From: Candidatus Zixiibacteriota bacterium
GTDB taxonomy: Bacteria > RBG-13-66-14 > B26-G2 > WVWN01
Length of the DNA stretch: 64,000 bases
Reading direction: 5' to 3'
NCBI GenBank assembly: GCA_030613505.1
Contig: JAUWLW010000003.1
Location: forward strand, 41,387 to 105,386
Part shown: positions 9,314 to 17,556 of the stretch, one piece after another
Layout: the number at the start of each line of letters is the position of its first letter
Numbering within the stretch: position 1 is the stretch's first letter
The notes under the pieces: model-generated
What the model was told of the DNA's origin: nothing
The model's database searches: none
Seen by the model: only the letters and a program-made list of their open reading frames with translations
Program-made: the position numbers and the translations under genes

Positions 9314-9970
9314 TTAACCGACGGCTAAGAAGGGGTTATGGCTCCGCTCTTCACCCACCGTCGTCGCCGGCCCGTGGCCGGGTAACACTTCCGTCTTCGC
9401 CGGCAACGTAAGGATCTTAGTTTTGACTGAGGATATCAAGGTCCGTTCGTCGCCCCCGCACAGGTCCGTCCGGCCTATCGAGCCGGCGAAGAGCGCGTCG
9501 CCGCTGAATATGAAGCCGCGGCCTACGAGGGAGATACTCCCGGCCGTATGACCCGGCGTGTCTACGACCGTCAAGCCGGCTTCCGCAACTTCGTCCCCCT
9601 CGCGCAACAGGACGTCCGCCGCCGGCGACACGGTGTAATGTTCTTGGAATAGCGCTACGGCCTCCGGGCCTATGATGAGCGCGTCTTGGCGGTGAAGGGA
9701 TTCGGCACCCGGGCCGAGGTAGGGCGCGTCCCCTTCACCTATGTATATAGGTACGTCCAACAGCGCCTTGAGACCTTCGTTGGCACCGGTATGGTCGAGG
9801 TGGCCATGGGTATTTATTATTGCCACAGGCTCGAGCTCGAGCGCGCGGAGGTGGCCGGCGATTTCCTCGGCTTCCGCCGCCGGGTCTATCACGACCGCAC
9901 GTTTGCCGTCCGACGAGTAAATATAACAATTGGTAGCGACCGGTCCAAGTTGGAGGGTCTCGATAAGCAT
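9314..9970 (-). CDS. MBL-fold metallo-hydrolase (glyoxalase II-like)
   Basis: HxHxDH motif THGHLDHTG, plus later TPGHTAGS and LPGHG. Confidence 0.8.
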   Translation of the reverse strand: MLIETLQLGPVATNCYIYSSDGKRAVVIDPAAEAEEIAGHLRALELEPVAIINTHGHLDHTGANEGLKALLDVPIYIGEGDAPYLGPGAESLHRQDALIIGPEAVALFQEHYTVSPAADVLLREGDEVAEAGLTVVDTPGHTAGSISLVGRGFIFSGDALFAGSIGRTDLCGGDERTLISSVKTKILTLPAKTEVLPGHGPATTVGEERSHNPFLAVG

Positions 9971-10054
9971 GGTCGGATATTAATACTGTCGAACATAGTT
10001 GTCAAGGCAAGCGGTATCGCCGGGCTCCGCATTAGTCCGTTAGTTGACGCCAGC

Positions 10055-10090
10055 GGAAAACTAAAGAGAGAGGCGCGCCGCCGGCGCGCC
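10055..10090 (-). terminator. Candidate rho-independent terminator after the methyltransferase cluster
   Basis: 8-bp GC stem GGCGCGCC/GGCGCGCC (10072-10079 with 10083-10090), followed on the minus strand by TCTCTCTTTAGTTTT. Confidence 0.35.
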
Positions 10091-10130
10091 ATCGTAGCGT
10101 AAGAGACCGATTCCCCTATCCCGTTGGCAG

Positions 10131-10733
10131 CTACCCCATAACCCCCTTGACCGTCCACGAAAGGCCGTTGCCGATTTCGAGCACCGTCGTCGCCGCGTCG
10201 GCGCGCGAGTGAAGCCAATCCAAGAAGGGCGCCGCCTCGTCGGCGTGGGAGAGGACGTTGTCGGCCACCAGCGACGCGCCGGCCGCGAGCCGGGGCCAGA
10301 GGAGCTCGCCGTACGCCGCGTACTCGTCCTTCTCGCCGTCGACGAAGGCGAGGTCGAACGGCCCGTCGAGCGTGGTTAACGTCTCTCGCGCGTCCCCCAC
10401 CTTTATATTGACGAGGTCCGCTACCCCCGCCGACTTTAAATGGTCGGCCGCTACGTCAACTATAACGGGATTCCTCTCCACCGTCACGAGGGAGCCACCC
10501 GTCGACGCGCACGCCCGCGCCAACCACAACGCCGAATAACCCGCGCTGGTACCTATTTCCACTATGCGTTGCGCGCGCGTCGCAAGCGCCAGCAGGAAAA
10601 TAAATTCGGCGGAAGCGGGGTGGAGCGCGCGGAAGCGCTGCTCGGGCGGTAGCCCCGCACGCCGCTGGCGCCCGTCCTCGAGGCGGATCGCGGCCTCGAC
10701 TAAACGCCACGCGTCCAGGTCGAAGTTCGGCAT
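10131..10733 (-). CDS. Class I SAM-dependent O-methyltransferase (caffeoyl-CoA OMT-like)
   Basis: SAM motif IVEIGTSAGYSALWLA and the metal/acidic motif FVDGEKDEY. Confidence 0.7.
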   Translation of the reverse strand: MPNFDLDAWRLVEAAIRLEDGRQRRAGLPPEQRFRALHPASAEFIFLLALATRAQRIVEIGTSAGYSALWLARACASTGGSLVTVERNPVIVDVAADHLKSAGVADLVNIKVGDARETLTTLDGPFDLAFVDGEKDEYAAYGELLWPRLAAGASLVADNVLSHADEAAPFLDWLHSRADAATTVLEIGNGLSWTVKGVMG

Positions 10734-10735
10734 GG

Positions 10736-11146
10736 CTACTTCTCTATCTCGGCATCAACGCCGTAAAGGTCCCGCGCCGGATCAAACTCGAGGTCGAAGC
10801 CAAGCTCCATACTCCACGTCGAGCCAGGCATTTCCCACGTAAGGATCTCTTTGCGTATCGCCTCGGCGAAAGCAGCGTCGCCTATGGTATCGCTTTCGAT
10901 CTCGACCGCGGTCACCGCACCGTCCGCGGCTATCGTCAGGTTAGGATGGAGCGTCCCGGCCGGGCCGTCCGCGCCGAAGTGCGATAGGTATATCTGCTTC
11001 AGCCGCGGTTGCTTCTGCGCCAGGAGGACCGCGAGCTCCACCGTCCATGAAAGCGCCCCGGTCAAAGCGTCCAACAGGCCGGCCGCGGCGGGGGCGACGA
11101 CCGCCGCGATTAATAACGCCGTTAAAAGCATTCTCGCTTTAGCCAT
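10736..11146 (-). CDS. Hypothetical secreted protein
   Basis: Start moved to ATG 11146, an 8-nt overlap with the upstream stop. MAKARMLLTALLIAAVVAPAAAG looks like a signal peptide. No family recognised. Confidence 0.45.
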   Translation of the reverse strand: MAKARMLLTALLIAAVVAPAAAGLLDALTGALSWTVELAVLLAQKQPRLKQIYLSHFGADGPAGTLHPNLTIAADGAVTAVEIESDTIGDAAFAEAIRKEILTWEMPGSTWSMELGFDLEFDPARDLYGVDAEIEK

Positions 11147-11798
11147 AAGTAGCCTTTCTCCCGCGCAGCGCGAAATGCGGATGCGGGTAACCACGGGTTA
11201 AATCGAACGTCTCCACGGCCAGGCCGGCTCCCTCCATCGCGACGCGGTAGTCGCCGCCGGAGCGCAGGAAGATACCGGCGCCTTTCGTCAGGCCGAAGAC
11301 GCGCACCGCGAGCCACTCCTGAAGGTAACACCAACGCCGCTTCCAAACCGGTCGGTCCGTCATCTCTTTGATTATTAGACACCCGCCCGGGCGCAGCCTG
11401 CTTGCCGCGAGGCGGATAAGCTCGTCCTGACGACTCGCGGGGAGAAGGTACAACATGTCCACGACGGCGACGGCGTCGAAGGGGCCGCGGTTCTCCGCGT
11501 ACGCCTGCGCGTCGTCGAGCACGAATATTATGCCGGCCCGCCCGCGAACCGTTTTAAGGGCCGCCGTGATTTTATTGTCGTCGGCGTCGACGCCCACGAC
11601 ATCCAGCTCCGGCCGGCGCGCCTTCAGGACGTTGGCGAAGACGCCGGCCGAACAGCCGAGCTCGACGACGCTCGCGACGTCCTGCGGCACAAGCGCGGCG
11701 ACCTTCTCGAGCGGCGCCGCAGCATACCGCACCCGCGCGTAAAGGCGGTCGCGCAAGGAAAGGTCGGCGTAGAGAGATGCGATATCCGCGTACGGCAT
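11139..11798 (-). CDS. Class I SAM-dependent methyltransferase
   Basis: Motif I VVELGCSAGVF and post-I DVVGVD. Confidence 0.7.
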   Translation of the reverse strand: MPYADIASLYADLSLRDRLYARVRYAAAPLEKVAALVPQDVASVVELGCSAGVFANVLKARRPELDVVGVDADDNKITAALKTVRGRAGIIFVLDDAQAYAENRGPFDAVAVVDMLYLLPASRQDELIRLAASRLRPGGCLIIKEMTDRPVWKRRWCYLQEWLAVRVFGLTKGAGIFLRSGGDYRVAMEGAGLAVETFDLTRGYPHPHFALRGRKATYG

Positions 11799-11942
11799 CG
11801 TCGGCCGGGCCTTCCCGACCGCCCTCCCGATAACATACCGGCGGCCCGGGTGTCAATAAATTAAAAGGGCCGGCGAACCGGCCCCCGTAGAAAACGTATA
11901 TTAATGGTAAGCGGCGCGGGACCGGGCGCGAGTATCCTAAAA

Positions 11943-12695
11943 CTACTCCGGGATACGAGGTTCCGGCTTCTCGTCGGCGATGGGCAGCCCGACGCGCCAC
12001 GCCCCGAACAGTTTTTTAAACCGCCGGGCGAACAAGAAAAGGAAGTTCCTCGAGCCGTCCCGCCACAGCGATAGTTTGGATTCGCCCCGCCGCTTGACGT
12101 AGTGGAAATGAACCGGGACCTCGCGGACGCGGAGGCGACGGCGTTTCTCGAAGACCTCGAGCTTCAGCTCCTCCGAGAAAGCCATACCGTCGGACGTCAC
12201 GTTCACCTGCCCGAGCAAGTCGCGCTTAAAACACCACATCCCGGATTGCGAGTCCCGGATTCGGAACCAATACAAAAGGACGATGGTTAGGTTAAAGATG
12301 CGGTTGCCGAGGTACCGCAGAATATAATCGAAGTTCTCCTGCCAGTCGGCGGCGATGCGCCAGGCGCTGATGAAATCCAACTCGTCGGCGACGAGTACGT
12401 CTACAAGATAAGGGATAACGTTGACGGGGTACGTCGCGTCGCCGTCCAACGTGCAAATTACGTCCCCCGTCGCCTGCGACAGACCGGACTTGTACGCACG
12501 GCCGTAACCCGGGCGCACCTCGAATACCACCTTGGCGCCCCCCTCCCGCGCCACCGCGCCGGTCCGGTCGCTCGAGTTGTTATCCACCACGATGACCTCG
12601 TCGACGAAGGACGGCATCTGTCGCAAACATTCGGCGACGCCCTCTTCCTCGTTGTAGCAGGGCATTACTACCGTAATTTTTAAGCCGTGGCGCAT
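11943..12695 (-). CDS. Family 2 glycosyltransferase (polyprenyl-phosphate sugar synthase-like)
   Basis: VVMPCYNEEEGV, VVDNNSSDRTG and LDGDATYP (DxD) motifs. Confidence 0.8.
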   Translation of the reverse strand: MRHGLKITVVMPCYNEEEGVAECLRQMPSFVDEVIVVDNNSSDRTGAVAREGGAKVVFEVRPGYGRAYKSGLSQATGDVICTLDGDATYPVNVIPYLVDVLVADELDFISAWRIAADWQENFDYILRYLGNRIFNLTIVLLYWFRIRDSQSGMWCFKRDLLGQVNVTSDGMAFSEELKLEVFEKRRRLRVREVPVHFHYVKRRGESKLSLWRDGSRNFLFLFARRFKKLFGAWRVGLPIADEKPEPRIPE

Positions 12696-12713
12696 AACAG
12701 AGCGAACCTTAAC

Positions 12714-13715
12714 TCAATATCGTCTTTGGAGCAAGAAATAACTCGCCGTTCCCCACGCGCCGCCGGCGAAGCTAAAGGCGAGCTCGAGCGGAAGGAACGC
12801 CAACGCGCCCAGCGCCATAACGGCGCCGCGCCGCGCCAGGAAAGCCAGCCACCGGAAGTTCAAAGCGTAGACGGCGACGAGCGTCGCCGCCGCGCCCAGC
12901 GCGGCCCACTCCCAAACGAACGGCGCCAGCGCCGCCCATAAAAGAAATAGCCCCGGCGCCGGCAACGACAATATAAACGACGTCGGCACCGACGTCCGGT
13001 TGCCCCCCGCGCCGCGACGCCTCCCCATCCGCAATATGCACCGCGCGAGGGCCGCGCCCCGCCGGACCGCGGTCGTCAACGCGCCCACCGTGCTATATAA
13101 CTTCCGGTGTTCAACTTCGATATCCTTGTCCAGGAAAACCCGGACACCGCGCGCGGCCAGCGTTCGCCCGAAAGCGGTATCTTCCACCGACGGTTTTTTG
13201 TAACCTTCGTCCATACCCTCGGCCACCAGGAATACGTCTCTCTTAATTGACGCGCAACTTGTATAGAACAAGTCCACCCGCGCCGGCAATTGTAGATACG
13301 TGAAGCGCATCCAAAGGTTTTTATATTTACTGGCGAAATCAGGCAACGTCGGCAGCTCGGCCTCCACGCCCACGACGGCGTCGACGCCGTCGCCGTATGC
13401 GGCCGCGAGCTTTTCGAATATGTCGGCGGGGACGAAGACGTCGGCGTCGACGAATAGAAGGACGTCGTTACGAGCGGCACGCGCGCCGGCGTTGCGCGCC
13501 GCCGCGGGGCCCGGGCCGCCGTCGTTAGGTACGACGCGAAGCCTATCGCTCTCCGGCAAGGCCGCTAACAAGCCGTCGGTAACGCGGTCGTCGACGACGA
13601 CAACCTCGCCCGGCGGGGGCTTTGCCGCGAGAGCGGTCCGTGCGGCCGCCGCGGCCAGCGCGGCGCCGTTCCCTACCGGCATAACGACGGATATATCGGA
13701 AGGGTCGTACGTCAT
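12714..13715 (-). CDS. Family 2 glycosyltransferase with C-terminal membrane helices
   Basis: VVMPVGNGAA and FVDADVFV (DxD) motifs, plus a hydrophobic C-terminal third. Confidence 0.75.
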   Translation of the reverse strand: MTYDPSDISVVMPVGNGAALAAAAARTALAAKPPPGEVVVVDDRVTDGLLAALPESDRLRVVPNDGGPGPAAARNAGARAARNDVLLFVDADVFVPADIFEKLAAAYGDGVDAVVGVEAELPTLPDFASKYKNLWMRFTYLQLPARVDLFYTSCASIKRDVFLVAEGMDEGYKKPSVEDTAFGRTLAARGVRVFLDKDIEVEHRKLYSTVGALTTAVRRGAALARCILRMGRRRGAGGNRTSVPTSFILSLPAPGLFLLWAALAPFVWEWAALGAAATLVAVYALNFRWLAFLARRGAVMALGALAFLPLELAFSFAGGAWGTASYFLLQRRY

Positions 13716-13836
13716 TCGTGATAACGCCCGCAGCCGGGCGGTTCCTCGGTGGCCCTCTCCCCACTATCGCGACGTTCGCAGGATACTTCAGCTTACGTCG
13801 ATTTCGTGCTAAACTAGCGCGGCCTTCTCGCCTACT

Positions 13837-14664
13837 ATGTTCGAAGCCCCCAAAATATACGCGCTCTTCGGCGGCGCCGCCAACAACTCGCTCTATCCCG
13901 CGACGCTTAATGCGGCTTTCGCCGCCGCTGGGTTGAAATGGCCGTACGTGCCGTTCCGGGCCGACGGCGAAACGCTGGCCGGGTTGTTCGCGCGGTTGGA
14001 AGCCGACGGGTTGGCCGGCGCCAACTTCATATACCCGTGCGAGGAGGCCGCCGTCGCCCTATGCACCGAACTTTCGGTCGAGGCGGCCGCGCTGGCCGCG
14101 GTCGACACCGTCCGTTGCACGCCGGGCGTCGTAGAAGGTTTCAAACTAGACGTCTACGCCTTCGCGCGTTCGCTGGACGAATTGAAGGCCGAAGTCGCCG
14201 GCAAGCCGGTATTAGTCTTGGGCGCCGGGCCCGCAGGCCGCGCTTGCGGCCTCGCGCTCGAGCGGGCGGGCGCCGCCGTCGCGTACGCCGTCCCGGACGT
14301 AACGCGGCCGCGGCCGGGAGTCTCGACCCAGGCCACGGTTATCAGGATGGAAGACGCGTCGGCCTTTATGGCCAATAAAAAGCCGGTTGCCCTTATTAAT
14401 ACCGCCCCTCCGGCGTCGGCTTCTGACGCACCTTCCCTTAGCTACGCCGCGATACCAAGCAATTGCTTCGTATACGACCTATCGTGCTTCGCGCGGACGC
14501 CCTTGCTCGACGCCGCGGCCGCGCGCGGTTTGCGCCACGCCGACGGCCTATTAATGCTCCTCCATAAAAGCGGCCGCGCCTTTGAACTATGGACGGGAGG
14601 CGAGGCCCGGTTCGACGTTATGCGCCGCGCCGCCGCGGCAGAAATCGCCAAGCGCGACACTTAG
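13837..14664 (+). CDS. Shikimate dehydrogenase-like protein (divergent AroE family)
   Basis: GANFIYPCEEAA...AAVDTV...GFKLDVYAF...VLVLGAGPAGRA aligns by eye with AroE [12 protein letters not shown]...GAVNTL...GDNTDGVG...GAGGA. It is convergent with aroK. The catalytic Lys position is Cys (see findings). Confidence 0.6.
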   Translation: MFEAPKIYALFGGAANNSLYPATLNAAFAAAGLKWPYVPFRADGETLAGLFARLEADGLAGANFIYPCEEAAVALCTELSVEAAALAAVDTVRCTPGVVEGFKLDVYAFARSLDELKAEVAGKPVLVLGAGPAGRACGLALERAGAAVAYAVPDVTRPRPGVSTQATVIRMEDASAFMANKKPVALINTAPPASASDAPSLSYAAIPSNCFVYDLSCFARTPLLDAAAARGLRHADGLLMLLHKSGRAFELWTGGEARFDVMRRAAAAEIAKRDT

Positions 14665-14672
14665 AGCGACAA

Positions 14673-15197
14673 CTATTCGCTCGTCACGCCCACCGATTTA
14701 ATAATACGATCAACGACTTCCGCCGGCATAAGTTCGTCGGTTTTTATTTGGAGCGGTACTTTGTCGTATACGGGCCGGCGCTCCGCCTTAAGCTCCCTGA
14801 TGCGGCGAAGCGGGTCCGCGCTCTGGAGCAGCGCCCGCGGCTCCTCGCCCTCGAGCCGTTTTTGAATGGTTTCGGGATTAGCGCGCAAAGCCACCACCGC
14901 GCGGGATTCCTCGAACAAGCGACAATTTTTATCGTCGAGGATGGCGCCGCCGCCGGCGGCGACGACTAGACCCTGCTGCGACGTTAACTCGGCTACGAGC
15001 AGGTTCTCTTCGTCGCGGTATCGGCCTTCGCCGTAGCGGGCGAAGATGCCGGGGATGGATTCCCCCAGCCGTTCGGCGATGACGGCATCCATATCGACGA
15101 AGCGCCGCCTGAGCCGCCCCGCCAGTAACTTGCCGACGGCCGTCTTTCCGGTCCCGGAGAAACCCACCAGGTAGACATTATCTTCGGGAGTTATCAT
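14673..15197 (-). CDS. aroK: Shikimate kinase
   Basis: Walker A GFSGTGKTAVGK followed by RRFVDMD. Start set to ATG 15197 (GGAGA 6 nt upstream); the ORF track extends to 15230. Confidence 0.8.
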   Translation of the reverse strand: MITPEDNVYLVGFSGTGKTAVGKLLAGRLRRRFVDMDAVIAERLGESIPGIFARYGEGRYRDEENLLVAELTSQQGLVVAAGGGAILDDKNCRLFEESRAVVALRANPETIQKRLEGEEPRALLQSADPLRRIRELKAERRPVYDKVPLQIKTDELMPAEVVDRIIKSVGVTSE

Positions 15198-15358
15198 CCG
15201 ACGTCTCCAGATACCCGGCGAGGTTACCATACCGCGGCGACGGGTGTCAACTCCGCGACGAAGGCGTACTTTCGCCCGCGGAGGGCACTCGTCAACGGGC
15301 GCTTGCCGCGGCGCCGCCGTTGTGGTATTATTCTTTAAATAACCACGGAGATTCGACG

Positions 15359-16472
15359 ATGGAAGACTTAAGCGAACTCGAGCAACAGCTGGATAAACTT
15401 ACCCGCGCGGTGGACGACGTCCGGGACGGCCTTTGACCCGGAAAACACCGCCAACCGTATCGTCGACCTTGAGGAAAAGGCCGGCGCTCCGGACCTTTGG
15501 GGAAACCGCGACCGGGCCCAGGCGTTACTCGCCGAGCTGAGCCGTCTTAAAAAACGGGCCGAAGCGCTTGCCGCGGCCGAAAAGAAGCTTGAGGATTTGG
15601 GCGTCTTCTACCAACTCTGCCTCGAGGAACAAGCCGCATGCGCCGACTTCGCCTGCGAGCTCTCGGCTCTGGATGCAGAGGTCGAGCGCCTGTCTTTGTT
15701 GACCTTCCTGGGAGGGCCGTACGACGCTTCCGACGCCATCGTGGAGGTCAAACCCGGCGCGGGCGGCGTGGACGCCTCCGATTGGGCCGAGATGCTCTTT
15801 AGGATGTACCTCAAGTGGTGCGAGGCACGGGGGTATCAATGCGACGTCCTGGCGGCCGAGGTCGCCGAAGAAGCCGGCGTACGGCTCACTATGTTCGAAG
15901 CCCGCGGCGATTACGCGTACGGCAACCTGAGCTGCGAGGCCGGCGTCCACCGCCTGGTGCGGATATCACCCTTCGACCAAAAAGGCCGCCGCCATACCTC
16001 GTTCGCCAACGTCGCCGTGTGGCCCAAACTCGACGAGAAGGTGCAGGTGGAGATAGACGAGAGCAACCTCAAGGTAGACACGTTCCGCTCGTCGGGGCCC
16101 GGCGGCCAGCACGTGAACGTTACGGACTCGGCGGTGCGCATGACCCACCTCCCCACCGGCATCGTCGTATGTTGCCAGGCCGAACGTTCGCAACACCTTA
16201 ACCGCCTCCGGGCGCTGGAGGTATTGCGCGCGAAATTACACCAATTAAAAGAGGACGAGCGACGGGCTCGCGTCGAAGACCTCAAGGGGCCCAAACGCGA
16301 CATCGCGTGGGGGAACCAAATACGCTCTTACGTCCTCTTCCCGTACCAGCTGGTCAAAGACTTGCGGACGGGATACGAGACGAGCGACGTCGACGGCGTC
16401 CTCGACGGCGGCCTTGACGAATTGATCGCCGCGGCGCTAAAGTGGCGCGGCAAGAAGGGGGGCCGGAATTAA
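15359..16472 (+). CDS. prfB: Peptide chain release factor 2, requiring a programmed +1 frameshift at 15431-15437
   Basis: Frame 0 runs from ATG 15359 for 25 codons (MEDLSELEQQLDKLTRAVDDVRDGL) and ends at CTT TGA C. The +1 frame from 15435 continues DPENTANRIVDLEEKAGAPDLW... into the listed ORF 15597..16472, which carries SPF (SPFDQKGRRHTS) and GGQ (GPGGQHVN). Confidence 0.9.
15431..15437 (+). promoter_or_regulatory. RF2 autoregulatory +1 frameshift site CUU UGA C
   Basis: The exact heptamer CTTTGAC falls at codon 25-26 of prfB. Both flanking frames encode RF2 sequence. Confidence 0.85.
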
Positions 16473-17092
16473 TGGTCGAAAAGTTTCTTAAAGCGGCATT
16501 AAGCCGCCCGGTTGGAGCCGTTACTGCTTTATTGGTAATAAGCGCCACGGCCGCCGGTAGCGAAGAACTCGTCGTCCCCGCGTACCCGGCGGACGTTCGC
16601 GACAAACCGTTCGAGGTCAACGTCGTGACGTGCGGCGCCCTCGACGCCGGCAAACTCGCCGTTTGTAAGGTTATATACAACGACGGCGCATCCGCCTTCG
16701 CAGACGCCGCTTCGGCCGCGTTCGAAAAATGTACCTTCGACGCCGGCCGCGACCGCGCGACTGTTTGGTTCGTCTTCCGCCTGATGCGGGATACGAAAGC
16801 GGTAGACGCCTCGCGCGACCCGGAACGCGAATTCGACGCGGCGCCGGAGTTGGTCGAATACGTAGCACCCACCTTCCCGCCCGGCGCGCCGTCGCTGACG
16901 ACGGAAGTAGCGCTGTACCTATTCATCGGCCCCGACGGCGGCGTCTGGTACGCCGAACAAGCCGGCGACGGCGCCGATACCCTTTACGTCGAACGCGCCC
17001 TCGCCGCGGCGCGTAAGTTTAAATTCGAGCCGGCGGTCGTTGGCGGTGAACCTACGGCGACGTGGTACTCGTTCGTATTAGAATTCAAATAA
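16472..17092 (+). CDS. Secreted protein with two TonB-C-terminal-like modules
   Basis: ATG 16472 overlaps the prfB stop (TAATG), with GAAGGGGGG upstream. Signal-like N-terminus. Segments PAYPADV... and APTFPPGAP...FEPAVVGGEP resemble TonB_C. Confidence 0.5.
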   Translation: MVEKFLKAALSRPVGAVTALLVISATAAGSEELVVPAYPADVRDKPFEVNVVTCGALDAGKLAVCKVIYNDGASAFADAASAAFEKCTFDAGRDRATVWFVFRLMRDTKAVDASRDPEREFDAAPELVEYVAPTFPPGAPSLTTEVALYLFIGPDGGVWYAEQAGDGADTLYVERALAAARKFKFEPAVVGGEPTATWYSFVLEFK

Positions 17093-17139
17093 AACGGCTC
17101 AAGGCCGAAGCCGTACAAAGGGCAAAAGGGGTTAGCATA

Positions 17140-17556
17140 ATGCGCGCGTTTATTATCGTAACGACGTTCGCGGTCGCGGCCGCGGCGGCCCAGGGCGGCT
17201 TCGTCCCGGCGCAGCCGATACACGTCGAGCCGCTGGGCGAAATCGAGGTAGAGCCGGGGGTGGTTTTCGCCGACACGGTGGTACTGAAGCTCGCCGTCGA
17301 CGCCGAGGGGCAAATCACGGATGCCGAGGTATGGTCCTCCTCCGGCTACAACGTTGTAGACGCGGTGGCTTTGGCGTCGGCGCGTAAATGCATCTTTATA
17401 CCGGCCACCCAGGACGGCGAGCCCGTCGAATCTTTCTATCAGATTTATTACCGGCTCTCGGCGTACAGAACGCGGAAGTATTTGAGCGCCGAAGAAAAGG
17501 CCGGGACGGCCGGGAAAACACCTCCCCCCGAGGAGGACGATGACGGAGGAGACTAA
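17140..17556 (+). CDS. TonB-C-terminal-domain protein
   Basis: Start at MRAFIIVTTFAVAAAAAQG (signal peptide). LKLAVDAEGQITDAEVWSSSGYNVVDAVALASARKCIFIPATQDGEPV fits the TonB_C pattern. Acidic/Pro tail. Confidence 0.55.
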   Translation: MRAFIIVTTFAVAAAAAQGGFVPAQPIHVEPLGEIEVEPGVVFADTVVLKLAVDAEGQITDAEVWSSSGYNVVDAVALASARKCIFIPATQDGEPVESFYQIYYRLSAYRTRKYLSAEEKAGTAGKTPPPEEDDDGGD

